Assembly (NCBI GenBank): GCA_002633005.1
Contig: NMRA01000175.1
Location: 441,831-505,830, forward strand
Length of the DNA: 64,000 nt
Direction of reading: 5' to 3'
From: Phoronis australis
Lineage: Eukaryota; Animalia; Phoronida
Shown here: in pieces, positions 1 to 11,900 of the stretch
How positions within the stretch are numbered: position 1 is the first letter of the stretch
Layout: every line of letters starts with the position of its first letter
The notes under the pieces: model-generated
Told to the model about the DNA's origin: nothing
What the model saw: the letters and a program-made list of their open reading frames with translations, nothing else
The model's database searches: none
Made by a program: the position numbers and the translations under genes

Positions 1-1750
1 TGTACTTTTACTGAGTAAAATCTATAGTTTTGTACATATTTTGGTAAGTACACAGACTTTTCGATAAGACCTTACATAACCACTGTTTGTGAGGGGAGCA
101 TTCAAAGTGAATGTTAATCAGCACGAATTATGAGTTCTGAAAATTTATGATGTAATGATATACAAACGGATTTCATTAAATTCATTGGCCATGAAATTTG
201 AATAATGACGGCCATTATTTGCATGAGTTATGCAAAATGTTCATGTAGCAGCCTGCAGCTGCAAACTGATTTCGTTAAATTAATTGACGTTAATAGAAAC
301 ATAGATGTTAACCGACTCCATATCGTTTACCTGTGGTACTTGGTACCCCAGTTATATAACCACAAGCATGTTTTTAGTAATGGCGACCTTAATTTGCATA
401 ATTTATGCAAAGTCACGATTCATACACCTGCAAATGGTTATAGTGAATTCACTGACCTTAGAAACATAGGTAAAAACATTAAAATAACCTCATGTCTTTG
501 GTGTTTGGTAAAGAAGTTATAATCAAAAACAGACTTTGCATAATGATGGCGTTAAGTCTTTGCAATAAAACTATTCAGTTTAAGAAGAAAAAGAAAGAAA
601 GACTGATAGCAGCATGAAATATTTGAATGTACAAATTAACATGCTATTTGACGTGACCCAAAACCACTATACACCCGTTTTTGAAGATATTTTTAACAAT
701 ATTAAAAGGAATTACGCGACCTACGTGAAGTTATCATGAAATGAACAATGATTACAAATCAAGCACGATGGATTGAACACAGTTAGAAGCCATCGAAATA
801 TTTTCTAGTTTGTGAAAAATATCAGAGCAGTGTTGACTAGAACAGAGAAACAATTACATATCAAGCTAAATTGGAAGTAATCAATTTTTACAAGTTGCTG
901 CTCAGAAGTAGAGATGGTCAGTTATCTGATAATAAATCAAATATTTTAGTTAGCAATTATAATGCTGTTAAAAATATATCACGCATACGCGATCTTGCGA
1001 TCAAGCAGGATTCCAAGTTAATGCATGCCAGGTTTACCTCTACTTAGCACTAGCAGTAGAGATGATGATGCTCCCATAGGCTGGAAGCATTATGCCTCAT
1101 GCTGATTAAGCAATCAAAAGTCTCATTGCTGCCTTTTACGCATAGAGGTAGCCTTGGTACAAAGCTGTATATAAATATACAGCTTTGCACCGATGTGGGT
1201 AAAAAAGTGGTAAGATAAATTCTGACACAAAATTAGTGTCGTTAAAAACTAGTCTTCCTTGAGTAAACAAAATTATTTAACAGTGTTGGAAAAATGGCGT
1301 TCTACCGTTATTCTGCTGCTAAAGTTGTGGAGCGATCTTTAGCGACGGCTTTCGGTGCCATTAAATATTGCGTCACCTATTGGCCAGTTTCTTTTTTCGC
1401 CGATTCTTCAATCAACTGCTGTTCTTTCACGAGCTTGCATAGTCATCACAACAAATTATTGGAACTGGTTTCACTTCATTACAAGTTTTTAAAATTTCGA
1501 TAACGAAAAACCGAATTTCAGAACAAATTTTACTTCTCTGAAGTTGTCGCGAAAATTTAGGAAATGGCGCGTGCGCGTGACAGGAGTGTATTGTTTTCAA
1601 AACGACGACATCAGGCCCGTAGCCAGGGGGGTTCGAGGGGTTCGATCGACCGTGTGCGTTTCCATTCTTTTAAATTCAGTACACGCCTGTGATAATTAAA
1701 TTCACTATAGATAGTCCTCCATTGTTGCTCAAAAATCAGACATTTAACTA

Positions 1751-1819
1751 CATGGGCGGCGCACCGTAGGGGGTTGGGGGGCTATAGTCCTCACTTTCTT
1801 CAGTGCTGCGCCGCCCATG
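1751..1819. mobile_element. Short MITE, family A copy 1
   Basis: 13-bp TIR catgggcggcgca...tgcgccgcccatg; a degenerate tandem copy follows at about 1826-1892; homologues at 44105-44163 and 51654-51729. Confidence 0.7.
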
Positions 1820-2054
1820 TTCTATGCCGGGGGGCGGTGCACCACAGGGGGGATATATAGTCCTCACTTTTGTCGGTGCTGCACCCACATGAACTACCGT
1901 ATTTTCTTGCACTATGAAAATCCCGATGAACATGTTTATATTAGGGAAAAGTAGGTCCAGACCTAATATAAACTTTGGTCAATGAAGAAAGTCTTCTGTC
2001 AATCAGTGCGTCATATGAGCAAAGAACTTGACGGAAAAGATTTCCAAGGTTACA

Positions 2055-2880
2055 TGTCACTGTTCCGAATGTTCATCACTCCAAAAGTAGTCTACTCCGA
2101 AATTACTGCGAAGGTTCGCTACCTTTGAAAGTTCACTCTACTTTGAATGTCCACAATTCCAAAACCAAAATTCCGATAGTTCATTACTCTGCCTTGTGTG
2201 CTAACGAGTCGGAACTGACATGAGAAAAGTATTGTATTTGTGCCCATTTAGTAACTATTTAAAGGGTATACAAGAGTTGAATAGTTAATAAAACATTGAT
2301 TACATTGTTTGCAAATGAGCTCAGTTCCAATCACTGCCAATCGCGAATCTTCAATATAACTAACAACTCATTCAGTCTGAAGCATATAGACAACATCAGG
2401 TCAAGACTTCAGCAACCAACAGCGGCGATTTTAAATTTAAGACGACTGAATGGGACTCTCTGACTTCGTGAAGAGTGGCAGGGACAGGGTAGCCTACTAA
2501 CTACATTTGGTTTCGACCCGGCCATGCGCGTGGTTCCGATGGGTGAGTTTAAGGGGCAGCAGCCATAAACCAGCTCAGTCACGCTGTGAAATTATGCGAC
2601 CTTGCATGGATTTGATGAATGTATCGTGGTTGATAATTCATCAATATTCCTACTTCTTAAACTTTTGAAAATCCCATTATGCACTCATTATTCGTATTCA
2701 AAAGACATGTGGGCAATTTCCCATGATAACGAAATCCGGGCGTTGTTTAAGCATAACTGAAGTGTCGTTTATTTCTGCTGGTAAAGGGGATGCCTGATAC
2801 ACCCAAGTCCAAAATTTTAGATCTTTTCGTAGTAGTGAACCTTCAGAATAGTGAACCTTCGGAATACTGGGCTCTTCCCA
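2055..2880. mobile_element. Degenerate foldback-type element with subterminal ~15-bp repeats
   Basis: tccgaa(g)gttcacta-like units at 2062-2190 and inverted tagtgaaccttcggaa units at 2826-2870. Confidence 0.4.
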
Positions 2881-3385
2881 TTTCCAGCGATGTAAGGAAG
2901 TTAAGTAACACGCAAAATACAACCAGATCAAAATATTCAAGTCGATCATGCTTGGATTAAATATTTCCGACCGAGTATGTACGAGATGTAATCACTCATT
3001 TAAGCACGCCCGGTTTGAAAGTTTGGCAGGGGGTAACGCGGGAACATTCTCTTTCTGGACCACATTACATCCGAATATGGATCCCGTTAGCAACCTTCAG
3101 GGCATCCTCATCTCTGGTATTATGAATTCCGTCTGATCTGTTGGGAACACAGAGCTGAGATTCGTCGTTGTGTATATAGATTTTCTTCTCCCTAGTGAAA
3201 CTGCGTCAAGGGCCTTACCGAAAACTCTTAAGTGTCGACGTTTGTAAAATATCCAAGGTCCACCGTAACAGAAATTCGAACCACCCCCCGCGCAATGCTA
3301 GCTACAGGCTTGGACATACTTTTCTTTGTTAGAAAAGGCGGAGAGTTACGCAAGAAAATGCACTATTGCATTGTTTTTCACTTAA

Positions 3386-3403
3386 ATGGCTGTAACGGGC
3401 AAG
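3386..3403 (+). CDS. Candidate upstream micro-exon (MAVTGK) of the SLC6 gene
   Basis: ATG at 3386 followed by the consensus donor AAG|GTGAGT; a phase-0 join to the acceptor at 8649 reads in frame ([14 protein letters not shown]). Confidence 0.35.
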
Positions 3404-3599
3404 GTGAGTATCGGTTGATTCCCAGATTTTGCATGCACCCCGTCCGGTCTTTAGCTTTACATTTTGATACAAGTTTTATGGCGCAGTGACGAGCAGAACT
3501 ACCCTGGCTGCGTGCAATTTCGGGGTCTACGGAAGAAATACACACAGTGGTACCTAGCTGTTTTTTGACGACAGTCTTCATACAGCTAGCTGGCTGGCT

Positions 3600-4640
3600 A
3601 GCATAGAGGGACACCGTCGATGTCTTTAGTTCCTTCCAACTCGAACAAATACTCCCGCAATCAATCTTTTTTTCAAACAATCCTTTGTTTAGTAGCCTAA
3701 ATTGACAACTGGCCATTTTTACATTGTTTGCATCATATGACGTATTATCGCCTGGCATGCTAGTTGCTAATTTGGGATACTGAACGAAGGACTGTTTGGA
3801 AAAAAAAGTTTGATTGCAGGAGTATTTCCTTGAGCTGAGGAGACATCAACTACCTCCTGAATTGTCTCTCTATTCACAAGAGGCACTTATTGCAATTTAT
3901 TGCAACATGACATTGAGTGTGAGGCATAATTCGCCGAAAAGCTTCCGGCATATGAATTATATTGCATGAAATAGTCAATAGACCAGTCTAGTTTTCTCAG
4001 TAGTCCTCTGCATTATGAGAATGGATGGATATATCGTCTGCTGTGCCAGCTTACGCTGGTCAACATTGAGCAAGAATGTAATAAACAATATTTAACAAGT
4101 CGGGTCTAATCGGGTTCAAATATTTTCTTGTTCTTTCTGTCCGTGTCTAGAGCTGGAGAATTCAGTTTTAATAATCAGTCTGAAACACTGTCCTGGTGCC
4201 AACTTTCAAAACCGCGTTAAACACAATTTTAATTGGTGATTGAATGATGAAAGACTTTCCACACTGAGATCACACATTGACACTACATTATGACGCCAGA
4301 CTTTGCATCCACCGCCACCATTCATCACCATGCTCTGTTTGAAACCCAGGGGAACACTGAGACAGCACACCATCTCAACTGGCCACAGTCGAGGTGGTGG
4401 CCTTCCCATAGGCCCTCCATATGCTAGAAGCTTTTCGGCAAATTATGTGTCACAATGATTAATCTAAAAAGTCACATTGCTATAAAAACTTTACGCGTAC
4501 CTTAGGATGCTGTTGATGTCTTTAACTCTTCCCAGCTCGAAAAAATACTCCATCAATCAAACTTATTTTCAAACAGTCCAGTTGCAGCATGCCCAAATCG
4601 GTAACTGGCCATTTTTTACAGTTCGCCTCGGGATATGACA
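3600..4640. mobile_element. Three decayed arms of the long-TIR family seen intact at 31579-32485
   Basis: tccttccaactcgaacaaatactccc at about 3630 (+), gaggcataattcgccgaaaagct at about 3921 (-), and gaagcttttcggcaaattatg at about 4427 (+) match the TIR sequence. Confidence 0.65.
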
Positions 4641-5942
4641 TCATACTTGAAAACTTGTATGAACGCCTGTTGGGACCAAATTGTCTTGGAATAACAACAA
4701 TTTATTTTAAAAAATGTGAAAGAAAATTCTTCTGATTGGAAGATTTATGCGTTGTCAACCCAGTGGTATTCATATAATTTCAGGTTATGTTGTGCTAAAA
4801 AATCCTCTAGATCTCTTGCCTAGGAGGATATGTCTGTATTTTGTTGTGCATTATCGTTTTAGAGGCCATCTTGTTTTTGTTCCCCGCTCCCGACAAAGCC
4901 TGCAATAAAATCAAACATCCTAGAAAAGCCTACAGCATGATCTTTCAGTGACAGTTGGCTTTCTATCGATTGTTGGCAAAAATTCAGAGCCGTACACTCA
5001 TAGGCGTACCTGAATGGGTCATGGTGTACCCCTGGATATTTTGTAATGCTCTCTACATTCTTGTATTTCAGGCCATGTTTCTGTGGTGAACTTCTGCACT
5101 TGTCATGAACTGCTGGTGAACCACCAGGGTCGAGCTATCTTTAGTTGCACAATTGGCTTTTAGCCCAGCCTTAAAGGTAACTAAATTCTATTCGAATGTA
5201 AAACAAAATCTATGAAAATGGAATTGGCATGTCATTTGTCAAATAAACCCAAGGAACCGAAGAACAGAATCTCACTAAATTGTGTTTGGTGTGATGGTTC
5301 TCTGCAGTTGTTATATTATTATTACATCCTGACAGATAGGTGCACGCTGCTCTTAGACTTTGAGAACTCGGTAGGTTGTACAATGAATGCATAAGATATT
5401 TGTGTTGGCCAAGTGAGTGGAAGTACCCCCTTCATTAGTGTATGACCTCCATTCAGTCTGACATTACAACTTGGACTGGAGTGGTAAGATGTTGGGTCTT
5501 CTGTAGACATTTTCAAAGTTCATCAGATTTCTGACTTAATCTTTAGTTTGGTTTAGAAAGACAGTTGACATAAACCTTTGTATTTTTATGTGCTAGTGTT
5601 ATATGTAAGTTCAATTGCCTACTTTGGTGAGACTTTATAATTGCTCAGTTATAATAAAAGGCTTTACCCACAGCTGTTATTGTCTGTGTTTGGAATTTGG
5701 AATGCGAAGTTGCACAGCATATGAAAAACATGGATTACAGGTATTGGTAGCTGCCAAATGTTATATCCTCACTGTCTAGTAACCTTGAAAGTAATCTTAA
5801 CCAGTGCTTTGTGAACGTTCTTGCATAAAAAGTAAGTAACCTGCACATTTGAGGTAATGTATGACTAGTTTTGTGCAAAAATAATTGTCACACACGACTT
5901 TGTTGCATTCTTAGGACTTCCTACAGTCGCCACAAGTTCTCA

Positions 5943-6230
5943 TAGCATTGTATGATCAAGGTACATGTAGCTATGGTGTAGCATTGTATGATCATGGTAC
6001 ATGTAGCTATGGTGTAGCATTGTATGGTCATAGTACATGTAGCTATGGTGTAGCATTGTATGATCAAGGTACATGTAGCTATGGTGTAGCATTGTATGGT
6101 CATAGTACATGTAGCTATGGTGTAGCATTGTATGATCATGGTACATGTAGCTATGGTGTAGCATTGTATGGTCATAGTACATGTAGCTATGGTGTAGCAT
6201 TGTATGATCATGGTACAGGTAGCTTTGGTG
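5943..6230. repeat. 36-bp minisatellite, 8 copies
   Basis: Unit tagcattgtatgatcatggtacatgtagctatggtg; three variants in the order A-B-C-A-C-B-C-B'. Confidence 0.95.
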
Positions 6231-8657
6231 TAAAACTTAAGAAGGGATATGCATTTAATATTTGAATAGTAGTACTTCTCATTTCCACAATATTGTCTCC
6301 TATTTTTTGCCACAACTCTGTTTTACTTTTTTTTGGAGTTGCGCCAAAAATTGAGTTACAACAGTTGAAGAAATGTGTCTTTGCTTGATTTTTCTTGTCT
6401 GATAATTGTGTCAAGGCTGAATACCGTGAATTAAGAGAAGAAAGCTGTTCTGTAATCCTTAAGCAAGTAGGTCAGCTGACATGAACACATTTGGACCTAC
6501 TTAGTTTGTTACATTTGGATATTGTACTGAAAACAAACCACTTTAACTTAATTGTCAGCCTTTCTGGAATTTTCTTTCAAAAAGGCAATTTTAACATTTT
6601 GCTTAGTGGTATTTGCATCTACCTTAAGCAATTATTTAAGTGTGTTAGAATATACCAGTTGTTTAAGGCTATACACTTCAGCTATCTGGCATTTCAGATT
6701 TTAAACAAAACAGAATTTTACTTGCTGTCCTTATGTGCTAAGTAAGTGAGGAATTACCATGGATGGATGTTCTATGGACGGGAGCTGCAAACGATCATTT
6801 TGCTCAAATTTATTCTCTTCCGTGTTTTTTGCTAGTTATGCTTAAATCTGTGGCGGCAACTATCGTGCCCCCCCCTCCCCCCCCCCTCCCTCCCGTACCA
6901 TCCAAATCTAGGAACAAATTCTAAATTTTATGCTTTGGTAGATTTTGATACCTCTGGATATTAAATTACAATTTCATAGAAAAAGGGTTTTTAGGTAAGT
7001 ACTCAACTTGAAATTAAAGAAAATACGAACTGAAAAATCTAGGACCGAGCTGCTATGTGATTGTCCGTCAAGGTCATTGATGTTGCAAAGGAAGTCCGAC
7101 CGAGGCACAGAGTTGTAACTAATAATTTGTAAGTTTCATACAAAACAATTCTTATCTGTTGTTAATTAAAGCAATCTCCACTAAAAGCACAATGTATGAG
7201 AAATACATAGTGATACAGTTAGAACTGTCTGGGCATTATTTTTGTACATATGTTGGTACGCTCACCAAAGGTTCTGAAAATATACGGTTTCTCACTATGT
7301 ATTCAATTTAAGTTTCCCAAATGTTAGAGGTTTTCCCAACTAGATATTTTTTACCTACTCCTCATTTATTGTTGAACAGGTGGATAATTTGATACCTGGG
7401 TTCACTGGAAATGCACAGGACAGTTATGTGTTCACACACCTTGCTTCAAAAAAAAAAATAGTTTCACATGACCTTGTTTGTAATGCACCTGTTTATTTCT
7501 GACATGATCGTTCGGGATGTCTGTTAAAAATCCGTCATTTGTGTCAGCTATTATTAGATGCACACCCACTGTATGACTTGTCTAAACCTAATGTCCGATG
7601 TGATTGCCATTAAGTTATACAACAATTTTGTATACGTACCCCTGTCATTTGTACAATAATGCGATCACTGCCTTCACGGTCCGGTTGTCGTATGCAATAC
7701 TTTTTGGGGAGCACTTTTTAGGATTGGCAATGAAACCGGAACAGATTGGAGATGCTCTCTTATGCTACCAGAGGAAAGTTTGGAGTGTATCCGATGTGAC
7801 TTCACCCAGTTGAATTAAATGGGATTTTGCTTTTTAGCAATACCACACAAAGGTTTAGGCTGGGCCAAGGAAATTTTATCTCATTTTAATCTATTTTAGC
7901 AAGACCACTCAATGGATATTATGCACACGCGTTACATTATGACACATTATTTTATTTTCCTGGGCAGAAGTCTAAAATGGAAAGAGGAATGCCAGGAGTT
8001 CAGTACCGGTATCATCCAGTATGACTTTACTCTTGAATGTGTTGTCTTAAGGGCCTGTTTCTCGAAAATACTTGGCTACAAATTGCCAAATGTTGATTTT
8101 TTGTCTTGCATTTCTCAAAACATTTTGTGTTCTGTCTAGTCAAGCAGACTACAGATGTCTGTTTTTCACTGAGGTGTAAAGTTTCTGACCTGTTTTCCAG
8201 AAACAGCTAGATCAAGTTAAGCCATCCGTACACTTATTTTAAGCGAAAGACAGAAGTCAATAGGCTGTTCAAGAGACAGGCCCCTGGTCTTACCTCGGTG
8301 TATCCAACTGTAAAATCAATTCAGTGGCTGCTGTCAAGTCGATAAATATCCACAATGTTGATGGATATTCCTTGAGTTAAAATCAGCAAGTTTCCAAAAC
8401 TCTGCTAGTTATAAGAGTTTGGTTTTTATAGACTTACCACTGGTGTAAAGTAGGCGTGATCAGTTTTGATCAAAACTTATGACTTTAGTCGGTGAAACAA
8501 CAACTAAAAACGAGACAGGCATGAATCCGATGCACTTCTGAAAAAACATTAAAAGTTGTTTTAGTAGTGAAAAAGGCCCATGTATTGCATTTAAGTAATT
8601 TTCCAGAAAACAAGAGTAATCTGTTTTATATTCATTTTCAATTTTCAGTGCATTACT

Positions 8658-8907
8658 ATGGCTCCCAGTCAAAACGAAGGAGCAACTGACTCGTCCTCTC
8701 CAAAACGGAACATCAATGGTGAGCCCAAAAGTGATAAACTTCTCGAAAGTAATGATGAGAAGACGGAGCTCTCTACAAGTGGAGATGAGAATGAAGTGCG
8801 AGGCAACTGGGGTCACCAGCTAGAGTTTCTCTTGTCACTGGTTGGTTATGCTGTCGGCCTTGGCAACCTGTGGAGGTTTCCATATTTGTGCATGAGAAAT
8901 GGTGGAG
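8658..8907 (+). CDS. SLC6 transporter coding exon 1 (N-terminus, TM1)
   Basis: Acceptor ttttcag ends 8648, ATG at 8658, MAPSQ...[21 protein letters not shown], donor gtaaag at 8908. Confidence 0.93.
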
Positions 8908-11900
8908 GTAAAGTTTCGTAGTAGATTTGGTTTGTTTCTACTGTTTTGTAGATGTCAAAGTGAAGCTAAAAAAATCTCAAATTAAGGTGTTCCATTTTGT
9001 CCAAGGTATGGCAAAAACTGGAAATGGAAATGTATTCGTTGATCCTTGAAAATTAGCCTGCTGGAGCGCCCGAGATCGCCTGTGACCGGCATTTTTTACT
9101 CGTCAAATACAAAATTGTGTAAGATTTTTTTCTGATAAATTACTGGCTGATCAAGCACTTCTAATAGAAGTAAATAGTATGAATTTTAGTGTGGTGTGAC
9201 AGAACACTATGTTGTGTATTGAATGTGACAGTAGTCTTGCCTAATCACATACATTTAGTACGCTTTCTGGTCAGTGTGATGTGTCGTGTTTAAGAGAACC
9301 AGCAAAGCGTTATTTCATGGGTGTAAATTTATACTCTCCCTGGGAAAGATTTGTTGTAATTGGGTGAACTAATTACTTGGCGAAAAAAATTTCGCCAAGT
9401 ATGTTGCTCTTCCACTAAGTTTGTTTGTTTTTTTTTTTTTTTTTTGTTCGCATGATACAGGTCGCAATTTTCGTCCGATCACGAAATTTACACATAACAT
9501 GTACTTCCGGAAGTACTGGAAGCCTATTGTTTTTCGTCAAAATCGGATCCAAGATGGCGGCTGTGGCGGCCATTCTGTTTTCATTTAAAGGTTCAAATAC
9601 TTCTGGAGGCTATAATTTTTTACGTAAAAGGCTAAGAATCGGCACAGTAAATGGACCGGAAGTTTGCTACAAGTATACCGGAAATTGTTTACTTCCGGTT
9701 AAAGATGGCAGAAATATCGGCGATCGCGCATGCGCACCTCAATTTTGGCCTAAAAACATTTTCTCCTGTAGAGGGCGCATTATGAGACCAATTCCTTCGA
9801 AGTTTTACAGGTATTAGTTTCTTTTGACCTGCTATTATACAAAGCCAAAAAACCGGAAGTTGCTTTCAAGATGGCGGTTCTGGCGCATGTTGACCTATTT
9901 TCAGTCGTGCTGAGGTGCCACCTTAACGCGATGAGAAAATGACGTGAATTTTTGCATGTGAATTCTTGAAGGTATACTCTTTGAAATGAACTGTAACAAT
10001 TTTTTCTCAGACTTACCGTTTTCGAGATATTTGACTTTAAATTTCTTTAAAAAACCCCAAAATTTCATTTTTTTCGAAAAAAATTACGGAATTGTGTGAT
10101 ACTATCAATTTAGATAGAATTTTGAACGGGCTTTCAGAAGATATTTTCCATTTTCCGCTACGACGTCTACTTTTTGAGTTACTTGAGATTTTCTGATAAC
10201 GCCGTTCCTTTGATGAGCGCTCTTGCTGCATTGATGTTGCTTTAGCTTCTATTGAACTAGACTGTAGCCTATTTCTTATTGATTTATGACATCTAAGTTC
10301 CTCATATGAATGTTATGATGTTGTTCATAATCGCCACCACCATCATCACATTCGTCATCTTCGTCGACGTCATCTTTTCTTCGATAATTTCGCCAAGTGT
10401 CGCTCAAGACTAGCCTATTTCTTAGTGATTTCTGACCTCTACGTTTGTCATATGAATGATGTCATAACTTGCATTGTCCATCATCGCCACCATCGTCGTC
10501 ATAGCCGTCATCTTCGTCATCATCTCAGTCGTCGTCTTTTCTCGTCATCTCTAACGTGTTTTTTTTTGGTTAATTTCGCCAAGTTTCGCTCCTCGGAGCG
10601 CTTTCATTTTTATTGTACATCTTGGTACATGCACTAATTTTCTGAATCCATTTTGGGATGGTGAGCTTGAAGTCTTGGTTTATTTATATTGTACTCCATC
10701 GTAATTGATGGCAACGTTGTGGCCAATCAGTGCTCTGATGACAACGTTGTGGCCAATCAGTGCTCTGATGGCAACGTTGTGGCCAATCAGTGCTCTGATG
10801 GCAACGTTGTGGCCAATCAGTGCTCTGATGACAACTTTGTGGCCAATCAGTGCTCTGATGACAACGTTGTGGCCAATCAGTGCTCTGATGACAATGTTGT
10901 GGCCAATCAGTGCTCTGACCACTGACAACTGGTGAGTCTACACATTTCCTTGGAAAATCCTCTGCTGATTTTCTTCGACTGAGTGGTACATTCATTCACA
11001 GCACAGAAAAGTTAAAAATTGTCAATGACCGGCAGTTTACCTTAAGTCGTTTTTCCTCTAAAAAGTAAAAACAACCTTGTGATGGTTGCGGAATTGAATA
11101 GTTAAAATGTTGTCAACATCTCGTGGTGGCGTAGATCAATCTTTTCAGATTTATATTCATCAGATTACATGATGTAGCCAACAGATGGCGTGCTGACCAG
11201 ACTTAAAATGCATGCCACAAATAGTCAGTAGCGGAACATTTAAAAAAAATCCTGTCTGTGCTACTTATCACTTTTTAGAAAAAAATACAATAAGAAAGGT
11301 AGTCAGTTTCCATGACGTACAGCACCTTCACAGCGGAGTTGCAGAAAAGCAACTTAAATTGTCAATGACCAGCAGTTTAACCTAAATTGTTTTTTCCTCT
11401 AAGAGTAAAAAACCTTGTGATGGTCGCGGAATTAATAAGAAATGACAACAACTGGTGGTGGCATAGATCAAGAGTATATCCAGAAACGATTTTTGCTATC
11501 TTTTTTGGCCGAACCATCAATATAAAATTTGATAAAAATGCTATTATAATATCAACAGTCCAATATATTGGGTATAAGCACTATGCACAAAATCCAAGAT
11601 GTTTTTTCTGTAGTTATGAGGAATGGAGCACAGCTGTTACTCATTCCCTTGTGCCTGTTAGAAGGCTTTGAAGATGATGGAGTGTCCATCAAAACGCTTG
11701 AAGTAGTATATTGTACATATCGAATATATTGTACTATGGATATTACAGCGTTTTCTTAAGCAGTACAAACCTGCCTTCTATCACCAAATTTGTTTTTCAA
11801 TTAGATCACTTACCTTTATGAAATTGGGTCTCAAATTGTCCCTTAGTCAAATTTGAAGTGATTTCAGGGCTTCAGAAGATCTGGCAGTTCGTTATGGCTC

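Noticed and set aside
5943-6230. Possible CRISPR array (36-bp repeats)
   Set aside because: Units are head-to-tail with no unique spacers, no cas genes are present, and the context is eukaryotic.
10425-10637. His/Arg-rich ORF
   Set aside because: Degenerate CAT/CGT trinucleotide tract inside the HINE-like element.
10680-10995. Four overlapping repetitive ORFs or a CRISPR-like array
   Set aside because: Artefacts of a 30-bp (multiple of 3) intronic minisatellite with no spacers.
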